Of a stretch of DNA of 64,000 nt, positions 13,701 through 25,700 are shown piece by piece (within the stretch, counting starts at the first letter, position 1; each line of letters begins with the position of its first letter). The notes beneath the pieces were generated by a model. The model did not search any database. It saw only the letters and a program-made list of their open reading frames with translations, and was not told where the DNA came from. The DNA lies in contig NW_025964383.1 of NCBI RefSeq assembly GCF_023055435.1, positions 37,386,001 through 37,450,000 of the forward strand. Reading direction: 5' to 3'. A program made the position numbers and the translations under genes. Source of the stretch: Haliotis rufescens (lineage: Eukaryota).

Positions 13701-16700
13701 AAAATATTAAACGGTTTCTGAGTTATGGTCCGGAAACGGTGGGAACGCCGACCCCGACGACGACGCCGACGGGAACCGTGCCAAAAACAATATGTCTCCC
13801 TCCATTCTAGGGGAGACATAATTCATCTCCAATATCATCAATAAAACACAGTTCACATTTTCTTTCACAAACAGGTATCCCATTCCATCTTCCTTTTTCA
13901 ATTGGTAAGTGGTGGCATGAAGTACGAAATAAAAGTAGAGGGATAGCTTTATTTAGGGGTAGGGACGTCAGATACTTTTATAATTCAAATTGTGGTTTCA
14001 AGAGAGAATAGACTACACTTTTTTTGGAATTTTCCACCTCAGAGCTCAAGGTTTGTTTAGCATGATCAGTTAAAATAGAGTGAGCTGTTGCTTTGAGCCA
14101 GGAAGATGAAACAGGAGACTGTGACAACCATACATAACTTAAACCAATATTGTTTAGAACATTTTGAATACATGAAATCCAGTCATAGTTGTAAACACCT
14201 GTATTATGGATGTTATATACAATAGAGTAAATGATTGAAGATATTTTGCTGGATTTATCTGTAAGTAATTTCGACCAAAAGGTTAACATACGGGTTTTAG
14301 CATCAACAGATAACGGAACTCTACCTAGTTCACCGTAAAGAATGCATAGAGGGGTACTCTTTTTAACAGGTAATAATTTTCTCATGAAACAAATATGTAC
14401 ATACTTTAAAAGAACACTTTTTATCAAATATAACACCAAGATATTTGTATTCAGTGACATATTCTAAAGGAACACCATGGAGATAAATATCTTTACTCAT
14501 ATCATTTTTATAACCACCTAATATTAGTATTTTAGTTTAATCAATATTGATAGTTAATTTCCAAATTTTGCAGTATGATTCAAAATGCTTGATAGCTTTT
14601 TGGAGATTCGTTTTTGAGGAAGCGAGAAGGACAGTGTCATTGGCATATAAAAGAGCAAACAATTTAATAGATAAATCCAGCATGGAATGTGTTATTTCTG
14701 AGTTAATTAACAGACCTGGACAGTCTTTGGACATTAAAAATGTTTCTAAGTCATTTAGAAACAAAGAAAATAGAACAGGTGATGAGTTTTCTCCTTGTCT
14801 AACTCCTACAAGGCAAGGGAAAAAATCTGATTCAATGCTATGTACCTTTACACACGATTTTATACCACTGTACATGGATTTCAAAATTCTGAAACATTTG
14901 CCATCTATACCTTGGCTGAACAGTTTACTCCACAAAGCAGTCCTTCTTACATTATCGAAAGCCTTTTTAAAATCAATAAAACAACAAAATAATTTCTTTT
15001 TTTCTTGATTTAAATAAATCTACAAGGCATTTAAGGGTGAATAAGTGATCAGTTGTAGAATATTTTTTACGGAAACCAGTCTGCGCTTCAGATAAAATAT
15101 TTTGGTCTTCTATAAAATTTTGGATTCTAATTCTAATAATGCTTGTAAAGAGTTTGCCAAAACAACTTAAAAGACTGATTGGTCTATAATTTTCTGGATC
15201 ATATTTGTCACCTTTACCTTTATAAATAGGACGAATTATACCACTGAGCCACTGCTCTGGATAAACACCATCATCTAAAATTTTGTTAAATAACCTTACA
15301 TATACAGGTAGCATAATGACTTGAGTGGTTTTAATATATTCATTAATAATTTTATCAGGGACACATGCTTTATTATGTTTCAAATTTGCTATGGCAATCA
15401 AAATTTCATCACGTGAAATGGCACCATTCAAAACAGAGTTACAATCTTCAATTTTTATATCAAATTGATCAGTGAGATCATCAGACTCTTCATCAGGTGC
15501 ATCCTTTAATTTCTGAAAATATGTAAAAACTTCCTCGAGTGGTTGTAAATCTTTATCTTTATTATCATTCCGCAACAGTTTCCAAAATGATTTAGAGTCC
15601 TCTTTACGTAATTTAAATAATTTGTCCTGTATGTCAGATCTATGAAGGTTATGATATTTTGCCAAAGTGTTTTTGTAAGCCTTGCTTGCATTGATTAGCC
15701 TTCTTTTGTTTTGGACACTTTTTTGTTTTTTGAAATATTGATTTAGCCTGATGATATTTACCTCTACTGATCTTACAATCACGACCAAACCAAGACTTTT
15801 TCTGTCGCCTTTTATAATCAAACATAGCACTGGTAGGTTGTCTAAAACCGATCACAGATTTGGCACTTTCAATAAATACATTGTTAATATTGTTTACTAG
15901 ATTGTTTAGAGCTTCTTGGTCCCCGGTTGCACAGTTATCAATGTCGGAAACAATGTTATCGATTTCACCCTGGCGAGAATTAATTACATCATGAAATTGA
16001 GAAGCATGTCGTTTGTCCCAGCGTCGGTAGGTGCACGCGGAGTCCGTGCTGCTGTCAGCTTCTGTCCTTGATTGACAGTTCATGTTGACGTCACACATGT
16101 TGATACACAATGTCAAAGCACAATGGGCATCAGACAGAATAGGGTCAAAATCTAGGACACTAAAATCACATATTCTTTTCAGTAAATTCAAAGAACAAAT
16201 ACTATAATCAACTAAGCTACAACCTTTACAAGTTGCTTTACCAATATGTTTGTCATCACCAAAACGACCATTTATGATAAACAGATTATTATTTCTACAA
16301 ATATCAATCAATCTGTAGCCATGGTTGTTTGCTCTACCCACATCTGATGAGTGTCTATTGATGTCTATTCCAAGTGAAGAGAACAAAGATAGTACACCAG
16401 TTTCATCAAAAACATCATCAGGAATTCCAATGTAATCACAAACCGTCTGTGACATTTCAATAAAATCTAATATAGTTCTTGTTCTTGCATTGAAGTCTCC
16501 TAGCAGTACAATTTCACAGTCATTTGCATATTTATTTAAATCACTATCAATGTCAACAAATAAGGAGATATTGAAATATGGGGAATTTTCTGGGGGAATA
16601 TATACTGCTCCAATAAGCAAGTCTTTATCTGTTTGAAGTATATCTTTGGAAATTTTTATCCACAGGACACACTCTGTATTAGTGTGTATACATTTGATAT

Positions 16701-19700
16701 ATTTATTCAAGAATTTCTAAGCTAAAATTGCAATACCTCCTGATCTGACTCTAGAGTCTCTGTTTCTAACATACACATCATAGCCAGGTATAATCGATAG
16801 TATCAACATCATCCAGTTTAGTCTCTGCAAGTAAGATAAAGTCATAGTTGTTGATATAGGTATGAAAATCAGGATTTATGAGTTTGCTTAAGAGTCCACA
16901 AACATTAATGAAGAAGAATGTTAGGGTATTCATGTTTGAACAACTTCCTTGACTTCCCTAGTCAGAGGTTTGTCTGTCTGAATTGTACCTGGCTTTCTTT
17001 TCTGGTCTGTTGTGGGTAGGGGTGAGAGATGAGGGGGGCTCTCTGTCAGAGGGCAGGGCGGGGAAGTCCACATTAGGGTCTATGTCAGGGGTTGAGTCAG
17101 GGTAGATTCTCTTCCCATCAATGTACAGTCTATCTCTGATAAATGAAGTTTTGTGGCCATTACTCTTAGCTTGTTTATATCTGTGCCACAGCTGTTTTCT
17201 CCTTTGTTGTATTTCATAAGGGAAATGCTCATTTATCCCCACTGATGGGCCCTTAAGTTTGTGACCTTGACTTTTAACAATGTCCCTGTCCCTCTTGGAT
17301 GTGAAGGCAACTAGAATAGGTCTAGGTTTAATTTGATCACTCCTCTTCTTCCCCAACCTGTGTACTTTTTCCAATTCAATGGACTTTGCTATTTTCAAAT
17401 TGTTTTCTATCACATTTTGTGCTTTCACTTCTACATTCTCCTCCTCTGTCTCATCAATCCCAGTGAAAATAAGATTATTTTCCAGACTTTTACACTGAAC
17501 TGTAAGTAACTGTTCCTTCAGCTCATAATTCTGATCACTGACCTGATGTAGTCTACCATGTAGATAGTCTAGCTCATCATGGCATTCATCTAGTTTACCC
17601 TCTAGTCTGTCGACAGAGGCATTCTCTTCTCCTGTAGATTTAGTCTTATCTACTTTCATGGAAAGTTGGGTCAGGGCTGTTTCAATATTTGACACTCTAT
17701 GCACAGTATGTTGTACAGATTGGTTGAGGGTAAGTATGTTAATATCTATGTTTTTAACTCTTTCTTGAATCTTATCAATCTGCTCGGATCTTTTATCTAT
17801 GACAGACACTTTAGCTTCAATATCCGAGGTTCTAGATGCAATCCCATGCGTAATCTGTGAGAGGTTTTTTATTTCTGAGATCAGGTGACTGGCCCAGGCC
17901 GGGGGATGATTGCCTTCAAGTAGGGGTAACGAGGCAGAGTTTTGTGACGATACCTGTATTGCTTGTTCTGAGTGAAGTTGTTGCTGTATCTGTCGGTGGT
18001 GTTGCTGTAGATATTGTAGATCAGGCTGATAGTCGCGATATCTGTCACTCGGGTTGTAGTCACTGTGGGTCGCCAACGCCATTGTCTGTTGTGAGAGCTG
18101 TGCAGTGGGTGTAGTCAGTAAACATCGACGAAATCCAAATATTTCGGGCAGATCGGGGTTCGATAAACACAGTCGAGTCTTCTGGGTGTATTTGCGATAC
18201 TTATACTGTGTTTTTTGGAGCAATCGCAGGGATACAAGGTTCTGATAACAAAAATTATTCAGGAGCGTTTTTCACCCGGCTACTCACTATCCGCCATCTT
18301 TCTTTCAATCCTTTCAATTTCTTTCAATACAGATCCTTCACTTCCGTGCAAGAGAGATAACAACTGTACGTCTCTCCAATCGTGGCGTGGTCATCATTTA
18401 GCGAGGTATACGATACCCGTTACTGAATATATAACTCATTAGGAATGAGTTCCTAAGGACCTTATACTGCATGTACACACAAGATTGACAGATGAAAGGA
18501 GAATGTGAGACCTGGTTTCATTTCAGTCATTTTAGCTCATAGGAGATCTGTTGAACACCAGCAAGGGCCTCCTAATGGTGCCAGTTGTCAGACGACCGAG
18601 ACACAATCATTCTGCAGGTTCTCAGTCAGGACATATCGGTTCATCATTGTCAGTGAGTGTCTGCTTGGACTCTTGACGTCAGCGCACATTTGGCAGTACA
18701 TTCCAGGTCTACAGGTTGATAGACAGCCCACCATTGGAGGCCAGGGCTCGCCACATACCAGGCATTTCAAATGTCGTCGCTGACGTCCGATCAAGGCGAC
18801 ACCAGTCCACTCCAACAGAAAATCAACTGCTTCGGTTGATATGTCAACACCTGGACATGCACATCGATCTGGGCGCTGCATGATAAAACCATCAGCTTCC
18901 AGTGTTTGGCACAGAGGAATTCCACTTGAATGTCCCATGTCACCAAAGGAAATTCTTTCACTGACTACTGCAAGACAAGAGAGGTCGGGTCCCATGTAGG
19001 CATGCCTTATTTTATGACACACCACTTGACATTTCTACGAACATGGTGGCACTGTAGCGGCGTAAGCTGCAGCCATCAACCAAGTCCTAGCAACTCCAAG
19101 GTCCAGCACCGTGTCAGTAATAACAGCCATGTTGTCGAGCAAAGTGTAGAAGCGGCACATTTTGGATTCTGTGTTATATGATTGAAGTGAAGAAATAAAT
19201 TGCAACGTGTTGTGTCAGGATACAAATACTAATATCATGAATATCCAAATTCAGGTAATATTAGTATTTCACAGCATTTGATAAAGTGATGATAAATAAC
19301 ATTTCTATATTTAATGTTTCACTTGATGTTCATGTAATACCACGATCTACATATGTTCGTGAAATGCATACATAAAGCATCCCATTAAGATTCCCTCAAT
19401 AAAATGAAATTAGTACATTGTACATGGAATACATGCTGATTACATAGTAAATGTGCGAGTTAATTCAATTAGGAAATCTATATCATGTTACAGGCACTCT
19501 TGTGTCGGCTATATGTGTCTTCATGTACATGTTAGCATATGAGGAACAAAATGAATTTCATTTTAAGGTAGCAACTATTCTCACAAAATCATCAAAATAA
19601 TTAAAAGCGACAAAACGGTTTCTTCTATCATCTGATGTATATGCTAAAAGCAGAGTACATTGTATGATTCCGTCTGCATCTGTATCAATAACTACAACTG

Positions 19701-22700
19701 CAACGTGACTGTATGGTTTCAGAAGGAGTGAACATATTACCAAGCAACATTGAAACACCCCTGAAAGAAGTAAAGGAAAGACTTTTAGAACTTTTGGACA
19801 ACCATGCTTTTGATTTTCTATACAACGATGCAGTTAACAAACGTACCAATCAAAATGATGCACAAGGAGGTGTTGTGTTCATATCTCAATCATTGGCTCC
19901 CGTCTTGGATATCCCTACATCGGCCCTGGCAGGTCATGTCATATGTGATGCGTTCATCGCTCTACCTGGACATTCTGTCCTGGTCCTCACCCTGGTTGAC
20001 GGGGACTCCTTCTCAAAGGAAGTATTGGAGTATAACATGTCTGTGGCTAGAGGAGTGACAGTAACACTCAGTAGATTCATGGACGAATGTGTACACCCAG
20101 TACATGGAGTGCTACCTGTCTCGACATTAAACAACATTGTGTCCTTTAAAGCTCACATGGACAGACTTGTAACAAAGTCATCACACTTTGTCACACAGGA
20201 CTCACTGGTTATGAATCCTACCAGGTATGGCAAAGTCCTGAACGCTTTCTGGGCAGGTGTTGCCCAGACAAAGTCTGTGATGACAGAGCGCGGGGAAATA
20301 GATGATGACAGTCTGAGATTTCTTACAAGAGAACAATGTATTATATTAGTTGAGAACATCAACAGTAGAGATGTTCAGGTGATGTGTGGACCAGGTACTG
20401 GAGCCACGACGCTGATGCTGGAGGTGGCCAGGAGACTGAGCAGGCTGGGAGACACACTACTGGTCTGTAAATCCCGGAAAGAGAGGGATAGACTTAGGTA
20501 TATATACAATTCGAATGAGCACCGCTAAAGGGGAAACATATACCAATTTAAATTGACAAATGAAATGGATAGAAAAGGTAACAAATTCTGACAAACAAAG
20601 CTGTTTACCCTTCACTTAATAATACCATGGTTGCACTAGAATTATTAAATCACTTCTTCAGGAAAGTGTATCGGCCAGCTGTATCAGCCGATGAACTCGG
20701 TACGCTGGACATGTCATCATATACAGTCATCGTGGATGAAACCAACGTGACAAGAAACTACCCAGTATGTTCACGCTGGGGATTTACAAACAGTGAGTAT
20801 ATCTGACATGTCTGTAACTTCGTACATATTTAAAAACTACCATTTTAGGTATGATTGCTGTCATCATCATTTAATTTCAAGTTCGTTTATCCTTCTCAAA
20901 CTAAGAGCACATACACATACCCACGGTTGCGCACAAATTTGAATCATTCGAATCGGATTATTCATAAAATAAAGAGGAACACCGTCAGTTTAAAAATGAC
21001 AGTCCACGGTTAATCTGGCTGTTAAGTTGGGTGGGGCTCAAATAGTTTTCATGTTTCATTCATTTCCCAGTGTCTCCATTTTTAGATACTGTTACAGGGA
21101 TACAATAATAGACAAAAGACATACTACCACTCTTGCATTTATGAAAGACTCACAGAGATAGAAATGTAATATGTACCTATAAAACATCAAAACATTCGTT
21201 ACTTTGATACATGGAAGGGGCCATATACGAGGTAGGTTCGTAAACTGTGCATCACCTTCAAAGATACTCACCGCGGTCGTTGCCTTCAATGTCTATGGAT
21301 TTTTTTGTCATCTGGAATCTGGACACTTTGTGAGGTAGAACAGGAAAACATACATTTATATCTAACCCAGACCACTTTAGATTGTTTAAAAACACTTCCG
21401 AGTATTTGCTTTCTGTCACATTTACTAACAATCTTTCTCCATTGTAGTTCAAGAGGAATTGGCAAACCTGAAGATGCGTACTACAGCCATGAAAGTAAGT
21501 ATACATAGATGCTTTCAATATGGTCTCTGGTGGTCTCACATCGATATGAATCTTGCAACATGTAACGATTATAGATTTTAAGACATTACCGCGAGGCTTT
21601 GGTTTACATGGACGACAAAAATCATCATGACTTCGTTGATGACTGTCTTACACGTGGTTAGTTATCTACATCAGATTGTATGTGTGTGTCTAGGGTATAA
21701 GGGTGTATTTAACGAGATGAATAATGGAATAATTGTATTTTTCAGGATGTGGACACCGTGAAAGGACAGGTAGATGCATTAGAGAGTGGTGAGTTCATGA
21801 AACATAAGATTGAAATAAAGGTTTCATGTTAATAATATCGTATGGATCAGATATCAAATTAATTCGAAAATCCTTAGAACATATTCCACACGTTCCTCAA
21901 ACGTACCGTACCTTCAAGCTTAATATACTTTTACATGAATGCATACTTTAAATTATTCAGTACCTTTTGTTATATTTTCCAACATGTAAGGGTATCTATA
22001 ACATCCATAAATGTTGACGGATGAGATGGAAGTAACACGTGTATCAGGTTTGGTATGACATGTATCACAGTATCACAGTTCTCAAAATGCAATAATAGTG
22101 TCTCCATTGACAAGGGTGTGGGGTTTTGCTGCTTTGATCGTGATAGGGCAAAACATGCAGCCGGTGGGATGATGTTAAAATCCTTGGTTTGTTTGTTTCT
22201 ATGTTGTTCAACGCCGCACTCAGCAATATTCCAGCTATATGACGGTGGTCTGTAAAAAATCGAGTCTGGACCAGACAATCCAGTGATTGACATCATGAGC
22301 ATAGATCCAAACAATTGGGATACTGTGACATGGATCAACCAAGTCAGCGAGCCTGACCACCCGATCCCGTTAGTCGCCTCTTACGACAAGCATAGTCGCC
22401 TTTTACAGCAAGCATGGGTTGCTGAAGACCTATTCTAACCCGGATTTTCACGGGTCTAAATTCCTTGGTAAACAGATTGGTATTGTGTTGTGGTATGATT
22501 TGGCTTCATGGGATGTACTGTGTGTCTACACCTTTCATTTCTTTCCAGATGAATGTCAAAGCCAAATAAACTTCCTTTTTGAAGAAATGGATGTGTTGCG
22601 GCTGTTTTCCGTGAAAATAAAGCGCTTCATGACTGTGAGTGATGATGAATAGTTGTATAATATGTATTTAATTTATTGAGTTCTCAAGGGTGAAGGCTGT

Positions 22701-25700
22701 ATTCATCAGCAACTGTGACATTCACGTAAAGCCATTCAAAACATATCCCATTGACACTGCATAACTGGACCTTTACTTGCCCAATTACAACAGTGAGTAT
22801 CCACTCCATCCCTGGCTCAGTACTGTTTTTCACACTGGCTTCAGTGGGTACTGGTACAATACTGGTTCTTTTCAGGCCTGATATCGTTAGACCGCCCCCG
22901 TGGTCCAGTGGTAGAGCGTCCGCCCAGAGAGCGGAAGGTCCAGGGTGTGATCCCCTCACCTCACCTCACCTCACCTGATATCGTTAAGCCTACGGTCCCA
23001 CATACGCTAACATAAACTTAAACCAAACTTTGTCAAAATAGAATACATGATTGTAAAGATGGTATTCCGTTTGCTCAAACATCGACAGTTGATGACAGCA
23101 AGAAAATTTCAAATTCACAGATTTTCTTATTTTAGAATATTCACTGCTCAGTCCTGCTGGGCCTTTTAGAGCCATTTCTGTCACTCGAACTTCAAAAAAA
23201 TGTTTATTACCAGTGATAACAGATTTCTATTTATTAACAAAACCTATAACTTTCCTTTTTGGATATTAGCCTGGGTTTTGGGATTTTAAAAACGCAAGGT
23301 AAACTTCAGGCAAAGATCTTTAGTTGATCTGTAAGAATCGTATTCGTGGAGGACATATTATACCAACATAATCAAGTAGTCATTTTTAATTATTATCAAA
23401 CAGGTTTGGCTTGACATGTGTTTTATATTTCTCAAACAAACAACATCCTCAGTCAAGATTCTAAAAAAAATACACTAAAACTATATTACCTCTCTGTACT
23501 GGCTAAATACAGACACGGTAAAGAAGCTATTATTAGTCCTGTATCAATAATGGCCCAGTTGCAGACATCTGGCTTTTGGCCATCACCGAATCAATGAACT
23601 ATCTATAGTGACGACAATATCCCGTTGTTGCTCAGCAAGCATCCGGCATGTGATGGTCAAATACCATGTGGTATTCGGGGCCGGTACAAGTAAATCAGTA
23701 TCGACGCATTGCCATATAAGCTGCATATGTTTCAGAACATTTATAGCTGTCGTTATGTCGCCAGTGTTCGCTCGATTATGCCTTGTTAGCTAGTTTGTTG
23801 TTTAAAGATAGCTTTGTCCCAAAACACCTTCATCGCGTTCATTGGAATAGTCAATCATTTCACTGACATTGAAATAAACATCTGTTGAAAGTAATAAGTA
23901 CACTTTGACATTCGATGAGAATAAGTCTATTATACACGTGTGAATTTGGCCATGTGATTCTGAAGTGCAATGGTGAGAAGGCTTTGCGTCACTATCAGTT
24001 TTGTTGTTGTATTCATTTATTTTTTTTTGTCAATATTGTAGGAACTTGATCGAAAGAAAAAGGCACTTCGACACCCTCCAGTTGACGACCTTTCACCAGG
24101 TGATAATGAGGAGGTTAAAACACATAGTGAAGCTATATGAACTAGTGTGTCCTTCATGGTGAGGTACCAAGGTGTAAGAAGTATATGCTGTGCCTGGCTG
24201 CGTTGTTCTTTAAGCTTGCTTACCATAAGAAATATCCTTCATTCATCCTTTGGAATACTGTTCTCACAAGTAAACGGGTGACTTCTGTTACAGTGTGTGG
24301 CGGTCGGGACCTCCTGGCGATTAGGATGAAACCTCAACTCATGGAGTTTAAACAGAGAATACATGGACAGGAAGATGTTCTGGACAGCATAAAAGAGGTG
24401 AGAATATGAGACAGGGGCAAACACGAACAATATATATCTGGTAAGAAACAAGATAAAACAAAACAACATACAACTATGTATTCATGACTGTATGCAACTA
24501 ATATTGTTCTCGTTTCACTAGTTTCTAGTTGAAGACAAGATCCTCATTGGTTATTTCCAGACTACAATAGGTAAGTACATAGAATGCTCATGAAAAGATC
24601 GTTCATGCTTATAGTCATCACTTAAACTGTAGACATTAGACGTTATTTAAGCATCAGGTAATTAGCTGACCTATTAGAAGTCAACGCTTCGTTTATATGT
24701 TATGCACTATGACGTCATCTTCGTGTATGGTTTGCCAGGAACTTTGCAAACGTTATTGAATCAAACTGAAGTCGTTGTGTCGAGCAAAGTTAAGCGAATG
24801 ACAGAACAGGAAAGCAGTTATAATTCTTACGAAATCTATACTTCTAATACATCTTTGCCATAAATCCTTTTGGCTTCGGTCACACTAACTAAAGTTTTCA
24901 GATTTTCAACAGACGTCCTCTTCACTGTCGATCACACACAAATGTCATCGTAACCATCCAATCTATGACGTATGCAGTGGCGGGAACCTCACTTTTTAAC
25001 TGTGTGTGCTTGAGTCAACACCTATTGTAATAGTGTAACAATCTAGCACTTGGTTGTGAGTCACATTAATCTAAGATTATTATAGCGTTCAGTCTGTCCG
25101 TCCCTCCGTCCGTCCGTCCGTCCTTCCGTCCGAGCTTTTGTACGGCCCATTTTAACCATGCACCCTAGCTTCACCAAGCTTTCTACACACATTAACCACA
25201 ATGAGTACTTGTGCCTTTTGCTAGTTTGAAGATTCTGATTTTTTTAATTTTGCCGTTTCCATGGAATCATGGTGAAACATAAATTTTGGTTGACCAGCGG
25301 GGTCACGCACGTGAGTATTAACTGGTGTGATTGTGGGGTCGTAATGAAGTCTCCTCTACTCCCGGTTGCAAGAAGTGTGGTTGATTCATGATCACGGGAG
25401 ATTCTCATGTTAACTGCATGAAGTGCTGAGAACCGATGTGAACAGTGCGCCAATACACCTAAGAAAGCCGTCCTTAAGTTAGCTGAGGCTATTTCTAAGG
25501 CTAAGAGGCATGAAGCGGCCAAGAAGAAGGTGGAAGTCATCACAGCCGACACTGTTCAGACACCTGCTTCCACCCCAGCTCCTCCCATTCCAGCTGAACA
25601 ATCAACTCCTGCACTCTCCATGAGTCTGATTCAACAACTTTTCAGCCAACAGCAGATGATGAAGACCATGATTGAGGCTCGATTCTCAGCCCTAAACGAA

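Larger units (their letters stand above)
13978..18300 (-). mobile_element. Non-LTR retrotransposon (APE-RT LINE, probably RTE-X/CR1-related), ORF2 disrupted, 3' end missing
   Basis: ORF1 plus ORF2 fragments with the APE motifs NVCGL, GDFNART, VDY and SDAHC, the RT motifs PENYRPISLLSC, QTGFRK, GVRQGE and YAND, and C-terminal YGELGR. 5' end near AAGATGGCGG (18300-18291). Confidence 0.9.

Noticed and set aside
22890-22955. Functional tRNA-Ser(AGA) gene
   Set aside because: There is no 3' acceptor strand, the T-loop is degenerate and the long variable arm is absent. It is flanked by a TSD and a repeat tail.
24042-24397. Single 356-nt exon with frameshift and stops
   Set aside because: Better explained as two exons (24042-24099, 24294-24397) matching the 58/107-nt exons of module 2.
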